A DNA stretch of 64,000 nt from the human T2T-CHM13v2.0 reference genome, Homo sapiens, in NCBI RefSeq assembly GCF_009914755.1, contig NC_060948.1, one strand, 5' to 3'. Both the position numbers and the translations under genes were made by a program. Positions 14,349-26,847 of this stretch are shown piece after piece (the first letter of the stretch is position 1; each line of letters opens with the position of its first letter). The notes below the pieces were generated by a model. It did no database searches. It had not been told where the DNA came from and worked only from the letters and a program-made list of their open reading frames with translations.

Positions 14349-17300
14349 GAATTCATTGGAATGGAAGGGAATGTAGTGTAATGGACAGGCTGGAATAAAG
14401 TGGAATGCTACGGTCTCGAATGGAATAAAAATGTATGGAATGGAATGCAATGAAAGGGAATCGAATGTCATAGAATGTAATGGAATGCAAAAAAATGGAA
14501 TCCAAAATCATTGACTGGAAAGGCGGGGTGTCGAAAGGAATTGACTCCAATGGAATGGAATCGAATGGAATGGAAGTGAATAGAATCGAACTAAATCGAA
14601 TGGAATGGAATTGATAGGAACGGAATGGAGAGGAATGCAATGATTTGGCATGGAATGCAATCGAATGGCATCGAATGGAATGGAATGGAATGCAATGGAA
14701 TGGAATGTATTAGAATATAATGAACTTTAATGGAATGTACTCGAATGGATTCGACTGGAATGGAATGTTCTGGAAGTGAATGGACTCCAATGGAATGGAT
14801 TCCAAAGGAATGGAATCGTACGGAATGGAATCTAATGGAATGGAATTAAATGGAAATGAATCAAATTGAATAGCACGGAATTGAATTGAATGGAATGGAA
14901 TGCAATGGAATCTAATGAAACGGAAAGGAAAGGAATGGAATGGAATGGAATGGGCTGGAATGGAAAGGAATCGAAACGAATGGAATGGAATCGAACTGAA
15001 GAGACTGGAATGGAATGCACTGGAATGGAAGGGAGTGTAATGGAAGGTTCTCGAAAAAAATGGAATCGAATGGAATGGAATTGAATGGAACGGAATAGAG
15101 TCGAATGGAATTGAATGGAATGGAATGGACTAGAGTGAAATGGAATCGAACCACAAGGAATGGACAGGAATAGAATGGTCTCGAATTGAATGGAATCGTA
15201 TGGAATGGCATCAAACGGAATGGAATGGACAGCCACGGAATGGAATGCACTCGAATGCAATGGAGTCGAAACTAATGGACTGGAATAGAATGGACTCGAC
15301 TGGTACGGACTCCAATGGAATGGAATCGAATGGAAGAGAATCGAACGGAATGGACTCGAAGGGAAAAGACTGCAATGGAAAGGTCTCGAATGGAATGGAA
15401 ATTAATGGAATGGAATGGAATCGAATGAAATGGAGTCAAAAGGAATGGAATCGAATGGCAAGAAATCGAATGTAATGGAATCGCAAGGAATTGATGTGAA
15501 CGGAACGGAATGGAATGGAATCCAAAGGAATGGAATAGAATGGAATGGAATCGAATGGAAAGGACTCGAATGGAAATCACTCGAATAGAATGCAATTTAA
15601 TAAAATAGGATCAAATGTAATGGAATGGAATGGAAAGGAATCGAAACGAAAGGAATGGAGACAGATGGAATGGAATGGAACAGAGAGCAATGGTATAGAA
15701 TGGAATGGAATCATCTGGAATGGAATTGAATGGAATGGAATAATATGAAATGGAATGGAATGGAATGGAATGGAATGCCCTTGAATTAAATGGACTGGAA
15801 TGGAATGGACTCGAACAGAGTGGAATGGAAAGTGTTGAGATAGAATGGAATGGACTCGTTTGGAATGGTCTAGTATGCAATGCAATCGACTGGCAGGGAA
15901 TCAAAAGGAATGTAATGGAATGGATTGGACTGGAATGCAATGGACTCGAATAGATTGGAAACGGAATGCAAAGGAATGGAATGGAATAGTATGGAATGGA
16001 ATGGAAAGGAATGGAGTGGAATAGACTAGAGTGGAATGGAATGGACTGGAAAGCAATAGACTGGAATGGAACTTTCTTGAATGGACTGGAATGAAACGGA
16101 ATGGAATGCAATGCAATCAAATGGCATGGAATAAAATAGAATGAAAGAGAATCAAATGGAATTGAATCGAATGGAATCGAATGGATTGGAAAGGAATAGA
16201 ATGGAATGGAATGGAATTGACTCAAATGGAATGGACTAGAATGGAATGGATTCGAATGGAAGGCAAAGGAATGGAATCTATTGGAATGGACTGTAATGGA
16301 ATGGAATGGAAGGGATTGGAATGGACTCGAATGGAATGGACTGCAATAGAAAGGATTCGAATGGAATGAAAAAGAATTGAATGGAATAGAACAGAATGGA
16401 ATCAAATCGAATGAAATGGAATGGAATAGAAAGGAATGGAATGAAATGGAATGGAAAGGATTCGAATGGAATGCAATCGAATGGAATGGAATCGAACGGA
16501 ATGGAATAAAATGGAAGAAAACTGGCAAGAAATGGAATCGAAATGAATGGAGTGTTATGGAACGGACTCAAAAGGAATTGAATGTAATAGAATGGAGTGG
16601 AGTGGACTCGAATATAATGGACTGGAATGGAATGAAATCACATGGAATGGGAACGAATGGAATGGAATGGAAAGGAATGGAATCGAATGGAAAGGAATCG
16701 AATGGAAGGGAATGAAATTGAATCAACAGGAATGGAAGGGAATAGAATAGACGGTAATGGAATGGACTCGAATAGAATGGACACGAATGCTCAAATTGAA
16801 TGGACTCGAATGGAATGGAAACGAAAGGAATGTCATCGAATGGAATTGAATCGATTGGAATGAAATCGCATAGAATGGAGTGGAATCAAATGGAATTGAA
16901 TCGAAAGGAAAGGAAGCGAATGGACTGAAATGAAATGGAATGGAATTGAATGGAAAGTAATGCAATGGAATAGAATGGAACGAAATTTCACGGAATGGAA
17001 TCAAACTGAATGGAATCAAACCAATGGAATCAAATCAAATGGAATGGAAAGGAATTGAATGGAGTAGATTGGATTGGATGGGATTGGAATGAAATGTACT
17101 GGATAGGACTCGAATTTCATGAAACGGAATGGAATGAATTGGAACGGAACGGACTCGAATGGAATGGAATGTCATGGAATGGCATCAAATGGAATGGCAT
17201 CAAATGGAATGGAATCGAATGCAATGGAATGCTATGGAATGGAATGGAATGCATTTTAATGGAATGTCCTCTAATGGAATGGATTCGAGTGGAATGGAAT

Positions 17301-19750
17301 CGAATATAATGGAGTCGAATGAAATGGAATTGAAAGGAATGGGATCGAATACAATGGAATATACTGGAATGTAATGTAATGAACTCGAATGTAATTGACT
17401 GAAATGGAATGTACATGAATGGAATGTAATCGAATGGAAAGTAATCCAATGGAATAGAATCTAATGCAATAAAACCGACTCAGATAGAGTAGAATGTAAT
17501 GGAATGGAGTGCAGTGCAATGGAATGGAATGGAATTGAATGCAATGGAATGGAATGGAATGGAATGGAATGGAATGGAATGGAATGGAATGGAATGGGAT
17601 GGAATGGAATGCCCTTGAATTAAATGGACTGGAATGGAATGGACTCGAACAGAGTGGAATGGAAAGTGTTGAGATAGAATGGAATGGACTCCTTTGGAAT
17701 GGTCTAGTATGCAATGCAATCGACTGGTAGGGAATCAAATGGAATGTAATCGAATGGATTGGACTGGAATGCAATGGACTCGAATAGATTGGAAACGGAA
17801 TGCAAAGGAATGGAATGGATTAGTATGGAATGGAATGGAAAGGAATGGAGTGGAATAGACTAGAGTGGAATGGAATGGACTTGAAAGCAATGGACTGGAA
17901 TGGAACTTTCTTGAATGGACTGGAATCAAACGGAATGGAATGCAATGCAATCAAATGGCATGGAATAAAATAGAATGAAAGAGAATCAAATGGAATTGAA
18001 TCGAATGGAATCGAATGGATTGGAAAGGAATAGAATGGAATGGAATGGAATTGACTCAAATGGAATGGACTAGAATGGAATGGATTCGAATGGAAGGCAA
18101 AGGAATGGAATCTATTGGAATGGACTGTAATGGAATGGAATGGAAGGGATTGGAATGGACTCGAATGGAATGGACTGCAATAGAAAGGATTCGAATGGAA
18201 TGAAAAAGAATTGAATGGAATAGAACAGAATGGAATCAAATCGAATGAAATGGAATGGAATAGAAAGGAATGGAATGAAATGGAATGGAAAGGATTCGAA
18301 TGGAATGCAATCGAATGGAATGGAATCGAACGGAATGGAATAAAATGGAAGAAAACTGGCAAGAAATGGAATCGAAATGAATGGAGTGTTATGGAACGGA
18401 CTCAAAAGGAATTGAATGTAATAGAATGGAGTGGAGTGGACTCGAATATAATGGACTGGAATGGAATGAAATCACATGGAATGGGAACGAATGGAATGGA
18501 ATGGAAAGGAATGGAATCGAATGGAAAGGAATCGAATGGAAGGGAATGAAATTGAATCAACAGGAATGGAAGGGAATAGAATAGACGGTAATGGAATGGA
18601 CTCGAATAGAATGGACACGAATGCTGAAATTGAATGGACTCGAATGGAATGGAAACGAAAGGAATGTCATCGAATGGAATTGAATCGATTGGAATGAAAT
18701 CGCATAGAATGGAGTGGAATCAAATGGAATTGAATCGAAAGGAAAGGAAGCGAATGGACTGAAATGAAATGGAATGGAATTGAATGGAAAGTAATGCAAT
18801 GGAATAGAATGGAACGAAATTTCACGGAATGGAATCAAACTGAATGGAATCAAATCAATGGAATCTAATCAAATGGAATGGAAAGGAATTGAATGGAGTA
18901 GATTGGATTGGATGGGATTGGAATGAAATGTACTGGAAAGGACTCGAATTTCATGAAACGGAATGGAATGAATTGGAACGGAATGGACTCGAATGGAATG
19001 GAATGTCATGGAATGGCATCAAATGGAATGGCATCAAATGGAATGGAATCGAATGCAATGGAATGCTATGGAATGGAATGGAATGCATTGGAATGGAATG
19101 TCCTCTAATGGAATGGATTCGAGTGGAATGGAATCGAATATAATGGAGTCGAATGAAATGTAATTGAAAGGAATGGGATCGAATAGAATGGAATATACTG
19201 AAATGTAATGTAATGAACTCGAATGTAATTGACTGGAATGGAATGTACATGAATGGAATGTAATCGAATGGAAAGTAATCCAATGGAATAGAATCTAATG
19301 CAATAAAACCGACTCAGATAGAGTAGAATGTAATGGAATGGAGTGCAGTGCAATGGAATGGAATGGAATTGAATGCAATGGAATGGAATGGAATGGAATG
19401 GAATGGAATGGAATGGAATGGAATGGGATGGAATGGTATGGAATGGATAGTAATGGACTGGAGTGAAATGGACTGGAAAGGAATGGACTCAAATTGAAAG
19501 GGCTCGAAAGGAATGGAGTCAAATGGAATGGTCTGGAATGGAATGAACACGAATGTAATGCAACCCAATAGAATGGAATCGAATGGCATGGAATATAAAG
19601 AAATGGAATCGAAGAGAATGGAAACAAATGGAATGGGATTGAATGGAATGGAATTGAATGGAATGGGAACGAATGGAGTGAAATTGTATGCAGTAGAAGG
19701 GAATAGAATGGAATGCAAGCGAAAGGAAAGGAATGGATTGGAATGGAATG
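14349..19750 (+). repeat. DYZ1 1.5-mer (5402 bp) containing an extra 1834-bp partial unit
   Basis: GAATTC at 14349 and 19751; landmark GCCCTTGAATT occurs twice (15777, 17611); ORFs at 16377 and 18211 are 1834 bp apart. Confidence 0.92.
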
Positions 19751-22700
19751 GAATTCATTGGAATGGAAGGGAATGTAGTGTAATGGACAGGCCTGGAATA
19801 AAGTGGAATGCTACGGTCTCGAATGGAATAAAAATGTATGGAATGGAATGCAATGAAACGGAATCGAATGTCATAGAATGTAATGGAATGCAACAAAATG
19901 GAATCCAAAATCATTGACTGGAAAGGCTGGGTGTCGAAAGGAATTGACTCCAATGGAATGGAATCGAATGGAATGGAAGTGAATAGAATCGAACTAAATC
20001 GAATGGAATGGAATTGATAGGAACGGAATGGAAAGGAATGCAATGATTTGGCATGGAATGGAATCGAATGGCATCGAATGGAATGGAATGGAATGCAATG
20101 GAATGGAATGTATTAGAATGTAATGAACTTTAGTGGAATGTACTCGAATGGATTCGACTGGAATGGAATGTTCTGGAAGTGAATGGACTCCAATGGAATG
20201 GATTCAAAAGGAATGGAATCGTACGGAATGGAATCTAATGGAATGGAATTAAATGGAAATGAATCAAATTGAATAGCACGGAATTGAATTGAATGGAATG
20301 GAATGCAATGGAATCTAATGAAACGGAAAGGAAAGGAATGCAATGGAATGGGCTGGAATGGAAAGGAATCGAAACGAATGGAATGGAATCGAACTGAAGA
20401 GACTGGAATGGAATGCACTGGAATGGAAGGGAGTGTAATGGAAGGTTCTCGAAAAAAATGGAATCGAATGGAATGGAATTGAATGGAACGGAATAGAGTC
20501 GAATGGAATTGAATGGAATGGAATGGACTAGAGTGAAATGGAATCGAACCACAAGAATGGAGAGGAATAGAATGGTCTCGAATTGAATGGAATCGTATGG
20601 AATGGCATCAAACGGAATGGAATGGACAGCCACGGAATGGAATGCACTCGAATGCAATGGAGTCGAAACTAATGGACTGGAATAGAATGGACTCGACTGG
20701 TACGGACTTCAATGGAATGGAATCGAATGGAAGGGAATCGAACGGAATGGACTCGAAGGGAAAAGACTGCAATGGAAAGGTCTCGAATGGAATGGAAATT
20801 AATGGAATGGAATGGAATCGAATGAAATGGAGTCAAAAGGAATGGAATCGAATGGCAAGAAATCGAATGTAATGGAATCGCAAGGAATTGATGTGAACGG
20901 AACGGAATGGAATGGAATCCAAAGGAATGGAATAGAATGGAATGGAATCGAATGGAAAGGACTCGAATGGAAATCACTCGAATAGAATGCAATTTAATAA
21001 AATAGGATCAAATGTAATGGAATGGAATGGAAAGGAATCGAAACGAAAGGAATGGAGACAGATTTAATGGAATAGAACAGAGAGCAATGGTATAGAATGG
21101 AATGGAATCATCTGGAATGGAATTGAATGGAATGGAATAATATGAAATGGAATGGAATGGAATGGAATGGAATGCCCTTGAATTAAATGGACTGGAATGG
21201 AATGGACTCGAACAGAGTGGAATGGAAAGTGTTGAGATAGAATGGAATGGACTCGTTTGGAATGGTCTAGTATGCAATGCAATCGACTGGCAGGGAATCA
21301 AAAGGAATGTAATCGAATGGATTGGACTGGAATGCAATGGACTCGAATAGATTGCAAACGGAATGCAAAGGAATGGAATGGAATAGTATGGAATGGAATG
21401 GAAAGGAATGGAGCGGAATAGACTAGAGTGGAATGGAATGGACTGGAAAGCAATGGACTGGAATGGAACTTTCTTGAATGGACTGGAATCAAACGGAATG
21501 GAATGCAATGCAATCAAATGGCATGGAATAAAATAGAATGAAAGAGAATCAAATGGAATTGAATCGAATGGAATCGAATGGATTGGAAAGGAATAGAATG
21601 GAATGGAATGGAATGGACTAGAATGGAATGGATTCGAATGGAAGGCAAAGGAATGGAATCTATTGGAATGGACTGTAATGGAATGGAATGGAAGGGATTG
21701 GAATGGACTCGAATGGAATGGACTGCAATAGAAAGGATTCGAATGGAATGAAAAAGAATTGAATGGAATAGAACAGAATGGAATCAAATCGAATGAAATG
21801 GAATGGAATAGAAAGGAATGGAATGAAATGGAATGGAAAGGATTCGAATGGAATGCAATCGAATGGAATGGAATCGAACGGAATGGAATAAAATGGAAGA
21901 AAACTGGCAAGAAATGGAATCGAAATGAATGGAGTGTTATGGAACGGACTCAAAAGGAATTGAATGTAATAGAATGGAGTGGAGTGGACTCGAATATAAT
22001 GGACTGGAATGGAATGAAATCACATGGAATGGGAACGAATAGAATGGAATGGAAAGGAATGGAATCGAATGGAAAGGAATCGAATGGAAGGGAATGAAAT
22101 TGAATCAACAGGAATGGAAGGGAATAGAATAGACGGTAATGGAATGGACTCGAATAGAATGGACACGAATGCTCAAATTGAATGGACTCGAATGGAATGG
22201 AAACGAAAGGAATGTCATCGAATGGAATTGAATCGATTGGAATGAAATCGCATAGAATGGAGTGGAATCAAATGGAATTGAATCGAAAGGAAAGGAAGCG
22301 AATGGACTGAAATGAAATGGAATGGAATTGAATGGAAAGTAATGCAATGGAATAGAATGGAACGAAATTTCACGGAATGGAATCAAACTGAATGGAATCA
22401 AATCAATGGAATCCAATCAAATGGAATGGAGTAGATTGGATTGGATGGGATTGGAATGAAATGTACTGGAAAGGACTCGAATTTCATGAAACGGAATGGA
22501 ATGAATTGGAACGGAATGGACTCGAATGGAATGGAATGTCATGGAATGGCATCAAATGGAATGGCATCAAATGGAATGGAATCGAATGCAATGGAATGCT
22601 ATGGAATGGAATGGAATGCATTGGAATGGAATGTCCTCTAATGGAATGGATTCGAGTGGAATGGAATCGAATATAATGGAGTCGAATGAAATGGAATTGA

Positions 22701-23273
22701 AAGGAATGGGATCGAATACAATGGAATATACTGGAATGTAATGTAATGAACTCGAATGTAATTGACTGGAATGGAATGTACATGAATGGAATGTAATCGA
22801 ATGGAAAGTAATCCAATGGAATAGAATTTAATGCAATAAAATCGACTCAGATAGAGTAGAATGTAATGGAATGGAGTGCAGTGCAATGGAATGGAATGGA
22901 ATGGAATGCAATAGAATGGAATGGAATGGAATGGAATGCAATGGAATGGGATGGAATGGTATGGAATGGATGGTAATGGACTGGAGTGAAATGGACTGGA
23001 AAGGAATGGACTCAAATTGAAAGGGCTGGAAAGGAATGGAGTCAAATGGAATGGTCTGGAATGGAATGAACACGAAAGTAATGCAATCCAATAGAATGGA
23101 ATCGAATGGCATGGAATATAATGAAATGGAATCGAAGAGAATGGAAACAAATGGAATGGAATTGAATGGAATGGAATTGAATGGAATGGGAACGAATGGA
23201 GTGAAATTGTATGCAGTAGAAGGGAATAGAATGGAATGCAAGCGAAAGGAAAGGAATGGATTGGAATGGAATG
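19751..23273 (+). repeat. DYZ1 unit (3523 bp; same two 15-bp deletions as 3687-7210)
   Basis: GAATTC at 19751 and 23274; deletions at ~21612 and ~22427. Confidence 0.92.
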
Positions 23274-26200
23274 GAATTCATTGGAATGGAAGGGAATGTA
23301 GTGTAATGGACAGGCCTGGAATAAAGTGGAATGCTACGGTCTCGAATGGAATAAAAATGTATGGAATGGAATGCAATGAAACGGAATCGAATGTCATAGA
23401 ATGTAATGGAATGCAAAAAAATGGAATCCAAAATCATTGACTGGAAAGGCTGGGTGTCGAAAGGAATTGACTCCAATGGAATGGAATCGAATGGAATGGA
23501 AGTGAATAGAATCGAACTAAATCGAATGGAATGGAATTGATAGGAACGGAATGGAAAGGAATGCAATGATTTGGCACGGAAAGGAATCGAATGGCATCGA
23601 ACGGAATGGAATGGAATGCAATTGAATGGAACGTATTAGAATGTAATGAACTTTAATGGAATGTACTCGAATGGATTCGACTGGAATGGAATGTTCTCGA
23701 AGTGAATGGACTCCAATGGAATGGATTCAAAAGGAATGGAATCGTACGGAATGGAATCTAATGGAATGGAATTAAATGGAAATGAATCAAATTGAATAGC
23801 ATGGAATTGAATTGAATGGAATCGAATGCAATGGAATCTAATGAAACGGAAAGGAAAGTAATGGAATGGAATGGAATGGGCTGGAATGGAAAGGAATCGA
23901 AACGAATGGAATGGAATCGAACTGACGAGACTGGAATGGAATGCACTGGAATGGAAGGGAGTGTAATGGAAGGTTCTCGAAAAAAATGGAATCGAATGGA
24001 ATGGAATTGAATGGAACGGAATAGAGTCGAATGGAATTGAATGGAATGGAATGGACTAGAGTGAAATGGAATCGAACCACAAGGAATGGAGAGGAATAGA
24101 ATGGTCTCGAATTGAATGGAATCGTATGGAATGGCATCAAACGGAATGGAATGGACAGCCACGGAATGGAATGCACTCGAATGCCATGGAGTCGAAACTA
24201 ATGGACTGGAATAGAATGGATTCGACTGGTACGGACTCCAATGGAATGGAATCGAATGGAAGGGAATCGAACGGAATGGACTCGAAGGGAAAAGACTGCA
24301 ATGGAAAGGTCTCGAATGGAATAGAAATTAATGGAATGGAATGGAATCGAATGAAATGGAGTCAAAAGGAATGGAATCGAATGGCAAGAAATCGAATGTA
24401 ATGGAATCGCCAGGAATTGATGTGAACGGAACGGAATGGAATGGAATCCAAAGGAATGGAATAGAATGGAATGGAATCGAATGGAAAGGACTCGAATGGA
24501 AATCACTCGAATAGAATGCAATTTAATAAAATAGGATCAAATGTAATGGAATGGAATGGAAAGGAATCGAAACGAAAGGAATGGAGACAGATGGAATGGA
24601 ATGGAACAGAGAGCAATGGTATAGAATGGAATGGAATCATCTGGAATGGAATTGAATGGAATGGAATAATATGAAATGGAATGGAATGGAATGGAATGGA
24701 ATGCCCTTGAATTAAATGGACTGGAATGGAATGGACTCGAACAGAGTGGAATGGAAAGTGTTGAGATAGAATGGAATGGACTCGTTTGGAATGGTGTAGT
24801 ATGCAATGCAATCGACTGGCAGGGAATCAAAAGGAATGTAATCGAATGGATTGGACTGGAATGCAATGGACTCGAATAGATTGCAAACGGAATGCAAAGG
24901 AATGGAATGGAATAGTATGGAATGGAATGGAAAGGAATGGAGTGGAATAGACTAGAGTGGAATGGAATGGACTGGAAAGCAATGGACTGGAATGGAACTT
25001 TCTTGAATGGACTGGAATCAAACGGAATGGAATGCAATGCAATCAAATGGCATGGAATAAAATAGAATGAAAGAGAATCAAATGGAATTGAATCGAATGG
25101 AATCGAATGGATTGGAAAGGAATAGAATGGAATGGAATGGAATTGACTCAAATGGAATGGACTAGAATGGAATGGATTCGAATGGAAGGCAAAGGAATGG
25201 AATCTATTGGAATGGACTGTAATGGAATGGAATGGAAGGGATTGGAATGGACTCGAATGGAATGGACTGCAATAGAAAGGATTCGAATGGAATGAAAAAG
25301 AATTGAATGGAATAGAACAGAATGGAATCAAATCGAATGAAATGGAATGGAATAGAAAGGAATGGAATGAAATGGAATGGAAAGGATTCGAATGGAATGC
25401 AATCGAATGGAATGGAATCGAACGGAATGGAATAAAATGGAAGAAAACTGGCAAGAAATGGAATCGAAATGAATGGAGTGTTATGGAACGGACTCAAAAG
25501 GAATTGAATGTAATAGAATGGAGTGGAGTGGACTCGAATATAATGGACTGGAATGGAATGAAATCACATGGAATGGGAACGAATGGAATGGAATGGAAAG
25601 GAATGGAATCGAATGGAATCGAATTGAAAGGAATCGAATGGAAGGGAATGAAATTGAATCAACAGGAATGGAAGGGAATAGAATAGACGGTAATGGAATG
25701 GACTCGAATAGAATGGACACGAATGCTCAAATTGAATGGACTGGAATGGAATGGAAACGAAAGGAATGTCATCGAATGGAATTGAATCGATTGGAATGAA
25801 ATCGCATAGAATGGAGTGGAATCAAATGGAATTGAATCGAAAGGAAAGGAAGCGAATGGACTGAAATGAAATGGAATGGAATTGAATGGAAAGTTATGTA
25901 ATAGAATAGAATGGAACGAAATTTCACTGAATGGAATCAAACTGAATGGAATCAAATCAATGGAATCAAATCAAATGGAATGGAAAGGAATTGAATGGAG
26001 TAGATTGGATTGGATGGGATTGGAATGAAATGTACTGGAAAGGACTCGAATTTCATGAAACGGAATGGAATGAATTGGAACGGAACGGACTCGAATGGAA
26101 TGGAATGTCATGGAATGGCATCAAATGGAATGGCATCAAATGGAATGGAATCGAATGCAATGGAATGCTATGGAATGGAATGGAATGCATTGGAATGGAA

Positions 26201-26847
26201 TGTCCTCTAATGGAAGGGATTCGAGTGGAATGGAATCGAATATAATGGAGTCGAATGAAATGGAATTGAAAGGAATGGGATCGAATACAATGCAATATAC
26301 TGGAATGTAATGTAATGAACTCGAATGTAATTGACTGGAATGGAATGTACATGAATGGAATGTAATCGAATGGAAAGTAATCCAATGGAATAGAATCTAA
26401 TGCAATAAAATCGACTCAGATAGAGTAGAATGTAATGGAATGGAGTGCAGTGCCATGGAATGGAATGGAATGGAATGGAATGGAATGGAATGCAATGGAA
26501 TGGAATGGAATGGAATGGAATGGGATGGAATGGTGTGGAATGGATAGTAATGGACTGGAGTGAAATGGACTGGAAAGGAATGGACTCAAATTGAAAGGGC
26601 TCGAAAGGAATGGAGTCAAATGGAATGGTCTGGAATGGAATGAACACGAATGTAATGCAACCCAATAGAATGGAATCGAATGGCATGGAATATAAAGAAA
26701 TGGAATCGAAGAGAATGGAAACAAATGGAATGGAATTGAATGGAATGGAATTGAATGGAATGGGAACGAATGGAGTGAAATTGTATGCAGTAGAAGAGAA
26801 TAGAATGGAATGCAAGCGAAAGGAAAGGAATGGATTGGAATGGAATG
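23274..26847 (+). repeat. DYZ1 unit (3574 bp)
   Basis: GAATTC at 23274 and 26848. Confidence 0.92.
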
